Of a stretch of DNA of 64,000 nucleotides, positions 39,616-49,426 are shown piece after piece. The notes below the pieces were generated by a model that ran no database searches, was not told the origin of the DNA, and worked only from the letters and a program-made list of their open reading frames with translations. The first letter of the stretch is position 1. Each line of letters starts with the position of its first letter. The position numbers were made by a program, and so were the translations under genes. Origin of the DNA: a virus. Taxonomy: Duplodnaviria > Heunggongvirae > Uroviricota > Caudoviricetes. The stretch lies in IMG/VR virus record IMGVR_UViG_2879469214_000003, positions 1 through 64,000 of that record. One strand, given 5' to 3'.

Positions 39616-40452
39616 TTAGAATACAAAGCCCTCAAACTCAGGCAATCTCAAGAAATTGTTTTTAGTATATCCTCTGTGTTTAACCACACACTTGATAACC
39701 GGATCAATGTAAACCGTATCCTCTGTCTCTTTCTTTTTAAGTTGCTGGAACACTCTATATCCCGCTTTTCTCTCGTTTGTGCCAACAGCTAAACTCATTA
39801 CCCCAACTATTCGTTTACCATCAGACAATATCCAACCAAATTCATTTTTCTTGTATCCAGCAATGTAGTATTCTCCTACCTCATACGCGATTACCTTCAA
39901 CCATTTGTCGGATCTTTTATCGATTTCATATTTTGAGCGGATATCCTTCAAAACTATTCCTTCAAGTTTTTGCTGCTTGGCAAGGCTGAAGTACTCAATT
40001 CCATTTCCTCTTATATAGATCGATTTAGCATAGTATTCATTGTCTACGAAGGCATTGGACAGTATCTCTTTGCGTTCTATAAGAGGTTTGGAAGTCACAC
40101 TTTTTCCTTCAAAATTAACTATGTCGAAAGCGCAAAATGTAACTTTATGTCTGCTTTTCTTGGACATAAACCTTTCCATGATTGATTCAAAGTTTGGCTT
40201 ACCGTCTGAATCAGTTACGATCAGTTCACCGTCAAGGGTTGACCCCTTCTGGATTGGTATATTTTTAACCAGTTCAGGGAACTTGGCAGTTACATCATTA
40301 TTGTGTCTGGTGTAGATCTTCACCTTATCTCTGTAGTCGACAATTAGTCGTATGCCATCGAGTTTAAGCTCTGTTAGGTGTAAAGCACTATCGAATGGCA
40401 AGTTATTTGGTGCTTTGTAAAGCAACATTGGAGAAGTAAACATATTTATCAC
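39616..40452 (-). CDS. ATP-dependent DNA ligase (LigB-like)
   Basis: 278 aa. Adenylation motif I ELKLDGIR. Nucleotidyltransferase and OB layout. Confidence 0.75.
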   Translation of the reverse strand: MINMFTSPMLLYKAPNNLPFDSALHLTELKLDGIRLIVDYRDKVKIYTRHNNDVTAKFPELVKNIPIQKGSTLDGELIVTDSDGKPNFESIMERFMSKKSRHKVTFCAFDIVNFEGKSVTSKPLIERKEILSNAFVDNEYYAKSIYIRGNGIEYFSLAKQQKLEGIVLKDIRSKYEIDKRSDKWLKVIAYEVGEYYIAGYKKNEFGWILSDGKRIVGVMSLAVGTNERKAGYRVFQQLKKKETEDTVYIDPVIKCVVKHRGYTKNNFLRLPEFEGFVF

Positions 40453-40640
40453 CCATTCAAGTATATCAAACAGGTGTTTGTAGTTTTAGTGGTAATATAT
40501 GTATCTTTTTAGATATCAACCTACTCACTTTTCTCATTGGAACTCTTATCATTACTGTCTTTCTCTTTGCTCTTGTAATACTTCAGAATATCATCTACTG
40601 TTACGAAATCTGCTTCCACTTACAATCAATCCAATCTTGT

Positions 40641-40861
40641 TTATTCGCTTTCTTCCCATTCATTGATTTCTACAAATCGCTTTGTTCCATCACTCGTGTA
40701 TCCAAAGAACATATCTACTGGCCTTGCCCATACCTGATATTATTGTCCATGTAAACGACCAATCCTTCTTGTTGTTCGGTATGTGTGGCAAAGCATACGA
40801 ATTGATATGTTCCACCTTTGTAATGTTTAAACTTCTGGCCTTTGGCAACATCATAAATCAC
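40641..40861 (-). pseudogene. DUF1653-like small protein with apparent -1 frameshift
   Basis: GTG start with RBS GGAGG. Frame B reads KHYKGGTYQFVCFATHTEQQEGLVVY...YGQGQ*. It continues in another frame as PVDMFFGYTSDGTKRFVEINEW. The shift is at about 40718-40722 in a G-run. Confidence 0.3.
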
Positions 40862-40951
40862 TCACAATCACCTCCTTTATTCTCCTTAATTCTCTCGATA
40901 TCTTCCATATCCTAAGCTGATATTCTGATGAAACTGTACTTTTACCAAGAA

Positions 40952-42166
40952 TTAAATCCATACAGCTTTAGGTTTGAGACTATGCTTAACATTTCGGTCT
41001 AATTCCCGTTCTGTCCACTTACTCCATTCTTCTTGTGGTACTTCCCGTACAACATAGCACCCACTAGATAAAACTTTGTCTCCTTGTTTTTCTGTGAAAT
41101 TTTCATATGGAATGACCACTTCAAGCAGCACACCTTTATCATAGTAATGCGATTCTCTAATTTCTTCTTTTTCATTAAAATAAATATGTTCGTTTTTAGG
41201 TTTTACAAGTGTTCCGAACACATACTCAAATTTGCTATCGTGATGGCTAAAGTATTTGTCATCACGTCTCTCAACAAACTTATAAAACTTTTGTGAGTCT
41301 ATGTATTGTTTTGCATCAATCTCAATCTTATTTTTAGGTTCTTCGGCAATCTCTCTTAAAACATTTTTCTTAGTGATCCGGTATGTATTATCTTTAATCT
41401 TCACAACTCTAACTGGTTCTTTCACAATCACATCTAGGATCTCTTCCACACTGTCGTACTTAATTTCTTTGGGCTTCTCAAAGTAATCCTCACTCAGGGC
41501 AATATTCGCTATCTTGTCAATGATTTTACTTAGACTAAATGACTCTCCTTCTTCTAGTTCAATCATCTTGTCGTAATTGATACCATACATTCCACCAAGA
41601 TGCTGCTTCAATTCTTCTGCATTTGTTATATTGAGCTCCATGCAGCTAAGTGCAATCCGTAAAAACTCAGGCTTGGAAATGTTGTAACCTTTATCTTTAT
41701 ACTTTTGAACTCTCAACAGTGAAACAATTGGAAAATCGGTTTGCTTGTTAAACTTCAAGATTCGTTGTGCATTGTGTTTCAGAAAGTCTTCATGTAGAAC
41801 AAACTGCTCTGTTTCAAAATCGAAGGCTCCCATACATACTGTGTAGTCAAATGTATCAAAGATATCTTCTGCTTTCTCAAAATACTTGAAGTGGATCATT
41901 TGAATTTCCTTGTCATCTACTCTAACCAATAATGCTTTAGATGTAAGAGCATTTACCCAATCATCACTATTGTCATAGATTTCTTCAACTAATTCTGATA
42001 GTGACTCTTCATCTCTAAAGTAGAGATCAATATCGTTTACTGGATTATTGCTAAACAAACTTGTGATTGTTCCTCCTGCTATGTATGCTCTATGCTCCTT
42101 CAGAGTATTCACCAAACTTGTTCCTAAGTAATTGTACAATTTGTTCTTTTCAAAAATATATTCCAT
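40952..42166 (-). CDS. nucleotidyltransferase-fold protein (pol-beta-type GG-x12-DID motif), function unknown
   Basis: 404 aa. AYIAGGTITSLFSNNPVNDIDLYF plus a downstream acidic residue. RBS AAAGGAGG. Confidence 0.45.
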   Translation of the reverse strand: MEYIFEKNKLYNYLGTSLVNTLKEHRAYIAGGTITSLFSNNPVNDIDLYFRDEESLSELVEEIYDNSDDWVNALTSKALLVRVDDKEIQMIHFKYFEKAEDIFDTFDYTVCMGAFDFETEQFVLHEDFLKHNAQRILKFNKQTDFPIVSLLRVQKYKDKGYNISKPEFLRIALSCMELNITNAEELKQHLGGMYGINYDKMIELEEGESFSLSKIIDKIANIALSEDYFEKPKEIKYDSVEEILDVIVKEPVRVVKIKDNTYRITKKNVLREIAEEPKNKIEIDAKQYIDSQKFYKFVERRDDKYFSHHDSKFEYVFGTLVKPKNEHIYFNEKEEIRESHYYDKGVLLEVVIPYENFTEKQGDKVLSSGCYVVREVPQEEWSKWTERELDRNVKHSLKPKAVWI

Positions 42167-42190
42167 TTATTTAATTCCTCCTTTAATTTT

Positions 42191-42244
42191 ATGTTATCAT
42201 ACATATATTCATTCTTCAAGTATTATTTTTGTGTAATTGTAATG
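42191..42244 (-). promoter_or_regulatory. repeat motif variant (AATTACACAAAAATAATAC) plus promoter TTGAAG-17-TAACAT
   Basis: Overlaps the last codons of the HNH gene. Drives 40952..42166. Confidence 0.45.
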
Positions 42245-42826
42245 TTTAAACTTATTGCTGGTTCCTCTATACTTGCCATAATATTTTAATCGCATATCTT
42301 CCGCAAATTTTCCAGCTTGTTTAACATCTTCAAATTTTCCAAGCCGAGTGTTGACTCCATTCAACTGTATCTGGACTACCCATATCTTTGAATTTTTATC
42401 CCAACAGACATTTCGGTAACCAGATTTGTTATTTGAGTTTTGACCGTTTCTATCCATGGAGTTGTTTTTGTTTGATGTTATTTCTAAGTTTACTCTTCGA
42501 TTATCTAGAGTGTTGTGATTTATATGATGTATGTATTGATCTTTTTTTGTTTCTGCTTCAAGTATCATTTTGTGCAAATAAGGCGTCTTTGTTTTATAGT
42601 AGCCAATAAGGTACTCATCATGCAAAATTGTCTGAGCATAATAACTATCTGCTTTCTTCCTATAACTTGCTCTCCAGTGATGATTGATTTTCTTTAAGTA
42701 ATTCAATATATCCAAGTCTACTAAAATTTCAAACTTTTCCCTTTTGGTATTTGTAAAAAATATTTTTGCAACATCGTCCTCTACTTTATAATCGTTAAAC
42801 GGATAAAAATCACCCTTTCTTGCCAA
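42209..42826 (-). CDS. HNH homing endonuclease with AP2 domain
   Basis: HNH (YIHHINHNTLDNRRVNL) and AP2 (YRNVCWDKNSKIWVVQI). Confidence 0.65.
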   Translation of the reverse strand: MARKGDFYPFNDYKVEDDVAKIFFTNTKREKFEILVDLDILNYLKKINHHWRASYRKKADSYYAQTILHDEYLIGYYKTKTPYLHKMILEAETKKDQYIHHINHNTLDNRRVNLEITSNKNNSMDRNGQNSNNKSGYRNVCWDKNSKIWVVQIQLNGVNTRLGKFEDVKQAGKFAEDMRLKYYGKYRGTSNKFKHYNYTKIILEE

Positions 42827-43080
42827 ACTATATATTCACCTCCCTTTAAGTAAAAGTAAACTTTCATCTTATTTTCTTACTTTGATTTCGATTGTAATTT
42901 CTAACCGCTCGTTATCTGCAGGATTATATTCTGGCATATTGTCTTTTATCCAATCATTTACTCGTTCAATCGGATCTGCTCCATCGTATGTAATTAGCGT
43001 TATCCTTTTGCCGATTAGTCTTTCATCTTCTTCGAACATATTTATCCCTCCATTCTTGATCAGAGAAAGATTTCATTTGG

Positions 43081-43263
43081 TTATTTTGCTGCATATACAA
43101 AATCGACCATCATCTGCACTTTTGGCTTATCAAACTTGTTATTATCAATTACCTTGTCAACATCAAAGCCAAACTCACGTAATTTTTCCAATGCTTCTTC
43201 CACAGGCCAATCATATTCTCTTGTAACTTCTTCTATACAGGCCAATATTTGCTCTCTTTCCAC
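43081..43263 (-). CDS. hypothetical protein
   Basis: 60 aa ORF. Confidence 0.3.
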   Translation of the reverse strand: MEREQILACIEEVTREYDWPVEEALEKLREFGFDVDKVIDNNKFDKPKVQMMVDFVYAAK

Positions 43264-43311
43264 AGAACAACTCCTCCATTTCTCCGTAAAAGGAAAATTT
43301 GATATAGATTT

Positions 43312-43575
43312 CTACTCTTTTTTGTTCTTCGGTAATGCTAGTACAACTAAAATACCCACAACAAATGTCAGTCCCATCAATTGTAACATCTGCTTTTCAA
43401 ATCCATCCGATGGATATATAGAACTTAGATATACATCATGTTCGAAATTCTCAAGGAACCGCTCGTCTATACGGAATAAATCTGCCCCGAATATATACAA
43501 CAAGCCCTCAATGGTTATAAGTCCAGCTAAAACGATGAGTCCAATAGATTTTGCCTTACTCATTTCACACCTCAT
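43312..43575 (-). CDS. small membrane protein
   Basis: 87 aa with two TM helices. Confidence 0.35.
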   Translation of the reverse strand: MRCEMSKAKSIGLIVLAGLITIEGLLYIFGADLFRIDERFLENFEHDVYLSSIYPSDGFEKQMLQLMGLTFVVGILVVLALPKNKKE

Positions 43576-43598
43576 TCTCTAAGAAATGTACGTTTCAC

Positions 43599-43829
43599 CT
43601 ACTTTAACAGTGATACTGAATTGCTAAGATTACGATGTTTTTCTCCTGTCTCTAAGTCAGTAAACCACGAGGTTGATAGGTTGAACTTATATCTACCGTT
43701 TACTATGACATTTCTTTTGTCCGGTTCATCTAGATCGGTTTCAGTCACAGTAAAACCATGTTCCTTCATCTGTCTCAATAGGCTTTTGTTGAAACTGCTG
43801 TAATGTTTGATCATGGTCGATGTCTCCAT
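43599..43829 (-). CDS. hypothetical protein
   Basis: 76 aa ORF. Confidence 0.3.
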   Translation of the reverse strand: METSTMIKHYSSFNKSLLRQMKEHGFTVTETDLDEPDKRNVIVNGRYKFNLSTSWFTDLETGEKHRNLSNSVSLLK

Positions 43830-43870
43830 TCTCTATTCTTAGATTTTATGTTTCATCTTATATCTGAGTA

Positions 43871-44104
43871 TCAGGTATACTGTTCTAAGTAATCTCTTCC
43901 CTCTGAAGTCAAATATACAGTTGCACCACCAGTTCCAATTTGTATAAGTTCAATGCAACCTATTCTTTCTAATTCACGATATTTGTTCAACCCTTCTAAC
44001 TTAACCCACTTCATGACACCTTCTGTTTCGGCTGCAATGTTAAGAGCTTCAACCAAAGATTCATCTGAATTAAGGATTTCTTCATAAATTTTCATATGTA
44101 CCAT
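43871..44104 (-). CDS. hypothetical protein, paralog of 45906..46109
   Basis: 77 aa. Shares the block YRELERIGCIELIQIGTGGATVYLTSEGRDYLE with FRELERLGYIELDQKATGMAIVYVTELGSEYLE. Confidence 0.4.
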   Translation of the reverse strand: MVHMKIYEEILNSDESLVEALNIAAETEGVMKWVKLEGLNKYRELERIGCIELIQIGTGGATVYLTSEGRDYLEQYT

Positions 44105-44143
44105 CTCCTTTGTCTAAGTAGATAAATTATTTAACCCAAGCTT

Positions 44144-44488
44144 TCACTTATCATCTAGCTGGATTAAATTTCTTGGAATCAAATAAACGTCACCATTTGT
44201 GTTTTCACATAGAGAGTAACCATTATCGTAATCATAAATGACTGTGAGTTTAAGATAACTTTGAAGAGTCTCATACTTGCTTATTAAAAATCCATTCTTA
44301 TTCACATACTTATCTAGTTCTAAATACTTTCCAATTTTCAAAAGGCTCTCACGATATTCCAAGAGGGGATCAAACAATTCGGTTACTTCATCTACTCCTA
44401 GTTTAGGCTCCAATTTAAAATAAAGGGCGTTCTCCAAATCATAATGCTTCATAATCATATCAAACGTCTCTTTGTTCAATCTCATCAT
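44144..44488 (-). CDS. hypothetical protein
   Basis: 114 aa ORF. Confidence 0.35.
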   Translation of the reverse strand: MMRLNKETFDMIMKHYDLENALYFKLEPKLGVDEVTELFDPLLEYRESLLKIGKYLELDKYVNKNGFLISKYETLQSYLKLTVIYDYDNGYSLCENTNGDVYLIPRNLIQLDDK

Positions 44489-44513
44489 TCCCTTTCTTCA
44501 AAAAAGTCATATT

Positions 44514-44729
44514 TTACTTAGTTTTCGCTCTATAAACCTGCCAGCAAGCACCATTGACTGTACTGTAAGAGTTTGATTTTTCATCTTTTCTTAGTTCAAT
44601 AGATCTTGCTTTGGATGGATTCTCGATAACTTCATATCCTTGATGATTCAGCCAAGCTTTTGCGTCATCTATCCCTTTGCTTTTTAATAATCCACCGTAA
44701 ATCGAGTTAATGTCTTTATTGATTATCAT
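44514..44729 (-). CDS. hypothetical protein
   Basis: 71 aa ORF. Confidence 0.3.
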   Translation of the reverse strand: MIINKDINSIYGGLLKSKGIDDAKAWLNHQGYEVIENPSKARSIELRKDEKSNSYSTVNGACWQVYRAKTK

Positions 44730-44770
44730 ATGTACAATTCCTCCATTTCTTAATCAAACTCACATTTCAA

Positions 44771-44977
44771 CTAAACTATATAGTCGTCATCGACAAGGCA
44801 AAGCTTCCATTCTCGACCATTTCCGTCCTTGTTGACACTACTCACTATTAATTTTCCGTTAGATTCAGATACGTTTTCAGCCACTAATTTATCGCATTTA
44901 CCTTGATACATGGTATAAATCGACGTTCGTATGATTTTCAACTTTAATCCCCCCTCTTTAAAATTTTTTTTATTCAA
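44771..44977 (-). CDS. hypothetical protein
   Basis: 68 aa ORF. Confidence 0.3.
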   Translation of the reverse strand: MNKKNFKEGGLKLKIIRTSIYTMYQGKCDKLVAENVSESNGKLIVSSVNKDGNGREWKLCLVDDDYIV

Positions 44978-45152
44978 CCAGTTCCCATAGTTCGTTTGAG
45001 GAGTTGAAAATCAACTCCTCTGTGGTATACCATGTTTTACCTTTGTTTTCGGAATCAACTAGAACATTACCTTCTTTTTTATACCAAGTCCCGTCATTGT
45101 CTTTTACTACATGACCTAAGCTCATCATGTTAAATGCTTCAAAAATATTCAT
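44970..45152 (-). CDS. hypothetical protein (61 aa, shortened from the ORF-track call)
   Basis: An internal ATG at 45152 with RBS AAGGAG-N6 is the probable start. The longer ORF overlaps the upstream gene. Confidence 0.35.
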   Translation of the reverse strand: MNIFEAFNMMSLGHVVKDNDGTWYKKEGNVLVDSENKGKTWYTTEELIFNSSNELWELVE

Positions 45153-45189
45153 GTGACTCTCCTTATGAAAGATTCGTTTTATTGTAAGC

Positions 45190-45672
45190 TTACTCAATCT
45201 CTTCATTCTTGAACTTTTCCTTGCCAGAATAGTAGTGAAGTAAATATTTTGTCTTAATTGTGTAGTCCAACGGTCTTCTGTACCATGGTATAGCCTCATT
45301 TTTTGACCTTTCCCAATCATACTTCAACAAAATTCCAATACATGTCCTAAATTGGCGAAGTACTTCTTCGTCTCGATCTCCAGATTCAATCTTTTTGAGT
45401 AAATTGATTATTGTACGATCTAGTGTTTCGTCCGTATTGTAGAGTGGATTTAAGCTCAACATTAAATGAGTGGTGAGAGTCTTCAACTCTTTACTCTCAA
45501 AGTCCCCGGAATAAATTTTGGAAGCACTCATCTTTATGTCTGCACGCCATTTTGCCCTTTCTTCTGTTATGTATTTCAATTTTTGATTCTTATCATTACT
45601 TAAAGTGTTTATTATTGCTGCAATTACAGCAGCAGAAACTGTAGCAGTGAAAATTGTCTCAAGCAAGTTCAT
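45190..45672 (-). CDS. membrane-anchored hypothetical protein
   Basis: 160 aa with an N-terminal TM helix. Confidence 0.4.
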   Translation of the reverse strand: MNLLETIFTATVSAAVIAAIINTLSNDKNQKLKYITEERAKWRADIKMSASKIYSGDFESKELKTLTTHLMLSLNPLYNTDETLDRTIINLLKKIESGDRDEEVLRQFRTCIGILLKYDWERSKNEAIPWYRRPLDYTIKTKYLLHYYSGKEKFKNEEIE

Positions 45673-45718
45673 AACTTCTCCCCTTTAATTCACAATGAAA
45701 CTACTCTTTCATTTGAAT

Positions 45719-45934
45719 TTATCTGTACCTTGAATCACAGAAGGCTTGATGGACAGCAATTGGTTCCTCTTTGTTGTAGTCCTTGATTTTTTCAGATTCT
45801 TTACCTATGATTATGGGTCTTGTAATAACAGCGTCTCCCACTACCTTTTTTAATACTATAATGTCATTCATCTTTAATTTCCCCTTTCTCCGTGAAAGAC
45901 TAATTTTACTGATTTTCAAGATACTCGCTTCCAA
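45719..45934 (-). CDS. hypothetical protein
   Basis: 71 aa ORF. Confidence 0.3.
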   Translation of the reverse strand: MEASILKISKISLSRRKGKLKMNDIIVLKKVVGDAVITRPIIIGKESEKIKDYNKEEPIAVHQAFCDSRYR

Positions 45935-46109
45935 GCTCTGTTACGTAAACTATAGCCATTCCGGTTGCCTTTTGGTCTAGCTCGATGTAGCCCAGCCTTT
46001 CCAACTCTCTAAAATCATTCATTCGTTCAGATTTAACTGCTCTAAGTAATCCCTCATTTTCGTTTGCAAAAATAAGCGAATTGTATAAATTTATTTCAAG
46101 GTTAGACAT
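45906..46109 (-). CDS. hypothetical protein, paralog of 43871..44104
   Basis: 67 aa. RBS GGGAG. Confidence 0.4.
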   Translation of the reverse strand: MSNLEINLYNSLIFANENEGLLRAVKSERMNDFRELERLGYIELDQKATGMAIVYVTELGSEYLENQ

Positions 46110-46200
46110 ATGATCAACTCCCTATATATTTTATCTCTTATGTAGTTCGACAATCCTATTTAATCTTCCTGCCGTTGTTTTCTCCTGTTTGTATTACTAT

Positions 46201-46223
46201 TGTATTATTTTAGTGTAATTAAG
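46201..46223 (-). repeat. repeat motif copy (CTTAATTACACTAAAATAATAC) with no obvious adjacent promoter
   Basis: Exact core copy of the repeat family. The downstream -35/-10 is poor. Confidence 0.4.
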
Positions 46224-46237
46224 TCAATCATTAAATT

Positions 46238-46609
46238 TTACTTTAACTCTGTTATATCAACTTTTAAGTAATCACTGAGAATAAGTGTTATATCTACTTT
46301 GACTTTGCTCCACAACAAGACCATTCTTTGTGTATACCCTCTAATCGAATATTCAACTTTTAAACTTTCAGAGGATTTCGATGTTTCAATGATTCTAATA
46401 TCATTCTCTCTTAGGTAATTCTTCAACTTATATGCCTCAGCAGTCACTTTACTCTGTATATTATCAAGGTGATTAATGTAAACAGTATACATTTTCATTT
46501 CTGAATTAGCTATTTGCTTTTTATCATGCTCAATTGAACTTAATAGATACGGCAGTTCAACATATCTTTTAACAGCTGCTAACTCTTCAGGTGTCTGTTT
46601 CAAATTCAT
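46238..46609 (-). CDS. hypothetical protein
   Basis: 123 aa ORF. Confidence 0.35.
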   Translation of the reverse strand: MNLKQTPEELAAVKRYVELPYLLSSIEHDKKQIANSEMKMYTVYINHLDNIQSKVTAEAYKLKNYLRENDIRIIETSKSSESLKVEYSIRGYTQRMVLLWSKVKVDITLILSDYLKVDITELK

Positions 46610-46952
46610 CTCCTCCTTCGTTCAATTTAACAGATACCAAATCATCAAAATTTAGCAACTCATAACCTGTATCAGTCTCCAGCTTTATTTTCTTTCCAGA
46701 GTTACTAACTGATGTAACAATCCCTTTGACAGTCTTATTCCCAAATTCATTAAACAATTCAATATCTGCCTCTATAGTGTAACTCAATGACATACGTAAA
46801 TTAAGTGAAATGATTTCAATCTCATCTTCATGTAAGAATGGTTTTGTGGAAACAGTATCTCTTGAACGATGCTCAATGATTCTTTCTTTATGTTGTGGTA
46901 GCATCATACGACTTGATTCCCATAGTCCATTTGCTTCAAGTTTTTTACTCAT
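46587..46952 (-). CDS. yolD: YolD-like protein (partner of the Y-family polymerase)
   Basis: 121 aa immediately downstream of and overlapping uvrX. Has the MMLPQHKE-type motif. Confidence 0.5.
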   Translation of the reverse strand: MSKKLEANGLWESSRMMLPQHKERIIEHRSRDTVSTKPFLHEDEIEIISLNLRMSLSYTIEADIELFNEFGNKTVKGIVTSVSNSGKKIKLETDTGYELLNFDDLVSVKLNEGGDEFETDT

Positions 46953-48292
46953 TTATAATGACCCCCAATTTTATTTGATCTGTCTATAGCTTGACCAGCA
47001 GAAGTTATGGAGCTTGCCCGTAAAATTGCAATATCTCCAAAGCGATCCTTAATATCATCCATTACTTTGTCCACCGCCCTCTTCTGTTCCTGATCATCGA
47101 ATAATGACAGCTGATAAGTCTCAGCATTAGAGAGATTGGACAATGATATCCCAACTCGTCTTACAGGTTGACCGTCCCAATGTTGCCTAAATATCTGCTT
47201 GGCTATCTTGCACACATCTATAGTAATGTTGGTGGGATCTTGAAGTTTAACCTGTCTGCTAAATCCAGTTGGATGATCAAAGTCAGCACCGGATAGGCTC
47301 ATAGTGACTACACTACCCATTAATCCCTTTTTTCGAGCACGTCTGCAAACTTCAGTACAGATGTCTTGAATTACAACGTCAATTTCCCATTGTTCAGTAT
47401 AGTCCCTAGGAAGTGTCATACCGTTACCAATATCCTTTTGAACACTATGAGTATTTATTGTTACCGGAGAGTCATCTAAGCCATTAGCTACTCTCCAAAT
47501 AACCTCACCATTAACTCCCCATTTACTTCTCAATTTAGACAATGGTGTCTCAGCAAGCTGTTTTATAGTTCGAATACCCATTTTCCACAGGTGCTTTTCC
47601 ATTCTAGATCCAATTCCCCACATATCGCGAATTGGTTTATCACCTATATGTTCGTGTAGCTCTTCTTTTCTAAGAAAGAATACTCCACCATCAATTTTCT
47701 TCGCTATCATATCACAGCAGAGTTTACTCATCACTTTGTTGGTTGAAATACCTGCTCTTGCGTAGACTCCCGTTTCATTGTAAATCTTGTCTTGAATCTG
47801 CTTTGCTAAATCAATTGGGTCATTACCAAATAAGTGAAGAGAGCCAGTCACATCGCAAAATAACTCATCGATACTATAGGGCTCAACCAAGTCGGTGAAC
47901 TCCTCTATAATGGACATAATTTGTGTAGAAACTTCAATGTATTCCTGCATATGTGGTCTTACAATAATCAACTCAGGACACTTTTGAAGTGACTGCCATA
48001 ATGGTTCAGCGGTTGACACGCCTTTTGCCTTAGCTAGAGGACATGCAGCAAGTATAATTCCTGAACGTCTTGCTGGATCTCCTGCAACTGCCAATGGTTT
48101 GTTTTTGTACTGTGGCATTTTAGCCTTTTCAACACTGGCGTAAAACGATTGCATGTCAATTAGCATAATTGTCCGCTCTTTCTTCGCCATTATTATCACT
48201 CCCATAATCAAATAAGAACGTTTGTTTGTATTAGTATTATACACCGAACAGACGTTCTTTATGCAACAGGAAATTTTTGTAGTTCGTATCAT
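46949..48292 (-). CDS. uvrX: Y-family translesion DNA polymerase (UvrX/DinB-like)
   Basis: 447 aa. IMLIDMQSFYASVE catalytic motif, palm/fingers and little-finger layout. Confidence 0.85.
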   Translation of the reverse strand: MIRTTKISCCIKNVCSVYNTNTNKRSYLIMGVIIMAKKERTIMLIDMQSFYASVEKAKMPQYKNKPLAVAGDPARRSGIILAACPLAKAKGVSTAEPLWQSLQKCPELIIVRPHMQEYIEVSTQIMSIIEEFTDLVEPYSIDELFCDVTGSLHLFGNDPIDLAKQIQDKIYNETGVYARAGISTNKVMSKLCCDMIAKKIDGGVFFLRKEELHEHIGDKPIRDMWGIGSRMEKHLWKMGIRTIKQLAETPLSKLRSKWGVNGEVIWRVANGLDDSPVTINTHSVQKDIGNGMTLPRDYTEQWEIDVVIQDICTEVCRRARKKGLMGSVVTMSLSGADFDHPTGFSRQVKLQDPTNITIDVCKIAKQIFRQHWDGQPVRRVGISLSNLSNAETYQLSLFDDQEQKRAVDKVMDDIKDRFGDIAILRASSITSAGQAIDRSNKIGGHYK

Positions 48293-48348
48293 TGCATATA
48301 CTGTATACTAAAAAAGACATCTATTTCACATAACAGAGGAGAATTACA

Positions 48349-48846
48349 ATGAAGGACAAGTTAAAGGGTTTGGTCATTGGTATTCTAATTGGATCAACAA
48401 TTACAGGAGCTACAGCTTTTGCAGCTACTACTACACCAATTAAAGCAGTTATCCAGAAAGTCAGTCTTTATGTAGATGGAACTAAGAAGTCAATAACTGA
48501 TGCAATAACGTACAAGAACACTACATATGTACCAGTTAGAAGTATGAGTAATGCAATTGGTGAGAAGGTTTCATTAAAAGGGGATAATCTCTATATTGGT
48601 AAGCAGCCAAAGGCGAAAGTGAGTTTGGACGATGCTTTTGATTTAGTGTACAAAAAAATTAAGAAAGATGTGGATAAATACAGTTTAAGTATGATGGAAG
48701 ATGGAGAAAGCGAGGGTAAATATGTAATTCGTGTATTTGAAGACTTTCCTGATCATATAGCCACATACGGATGGTATTACGTTGATATGAATACCGGAGC
48801 AGTTTATTGGTATGATCTTGCTAATGATAACATGGTAAAACTATAG
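48349..48846 (+). CDS. secreted protein with signal peptide (plus-strand insertion)
   Basis: 165 aa. N-terminal signal peptide (LVIGILIGSTITGATAFAA), then a beta-rich domain. Confidence 0.5.
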   Translation: MKDKLKGLVIGILIGSTITGATAFAATTTPIKAVIQKVSLYVDGTKKSITDAITYKNTTYVPVRSMSNAIGEKVSLKGDNLYIGKQPKAKVSLDDAFDLVYKKIKKDVDKYSLSMMEDGESEGKYVIRVFEDFPDHIATYGWYYVDMNTGAVYWYDLANDNMVKL

Positions 48847-48871
48847 GGTGGATTTCTCCACCCTTTCTTCC
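48846..48871 (+). terminator. rho-independent terminator
   Basis: GGGTGGA-tttc-TCCACCC followed by TTTCTTCC. Confidence 0.45.
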
Positions 48872-48930
48872 TGTAAAACTTGTCTTTCATTAAAATAATG
48901 AATACATATAACAACTTGTCTATGGTATAA

Positions 48931-49425
48931 TTGGTTTTTCAATGCTTCATTATGGAAGGGGTGTTTTCAATGAATCAGCACAATAAAATTATTGACTCTG
49001 ATGAAATTAAAGTTCTTTTTGATGGGAAGTCCTTTATCAAAACTGTTACTTTTGAAGATGACAACATATCAATATTGTATTATGAAACTTATGAGGATAT
49101 GCTGCAAAACTCAGAAAAACTATTGATTACTGAAGAAGAATTCAATATTTTCTTTACTCCTACGACAATTGAAAAAATAATGATTAAAAACACTTCCGAC
49201 ATACTTTTTAAATTTCCATTTGTAAAGAATATTTCAATTACTCTTAAAACTAACAATTATGTTTACTCTGCAAAACTAAATAAGACATTGATATATGAAT
49301 TTACTGGAGTAGATATTGGAAAATTCAATGACTCCAACGAATACAAAACTAATTTTGCTTCAATTCACTTAGATAAAAAAGAAATCAGAAATAAGTTATT
49401 TCAACAAATAGTTAATATTGATTAA
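48931..49425 (+). CDS. hypothetical cytoplasmic protein (second gene of the plus-strand cassette)
   Basis: 164 aa ORF. Same strand as 48349..48846. Confidence 0.4.
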   Translation: MVFQCFIMEGVFSMNQHNKIIDSDEIKVLFDGKSFIKTVTFEDDNISILYYETYEDMLQNSEKLLITEEEFNIFFTPTTIEKIMIKNTSDILFKFPFVKNISITLKTNNYVYSAKLNKTLIYEFTGVDIGKFNDSNEYKTNFASIHLDKKEIRNKLFQQIVNID

Positions 49426-49426
49426 G

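Noticed and set aside
46201-46223. Seventh motif copy as a promoter
   Set aside because: Exact motif, but no acceptable -35/-10 follows it. It may be a binding site without promoter function, so it is listed as a repeat only.
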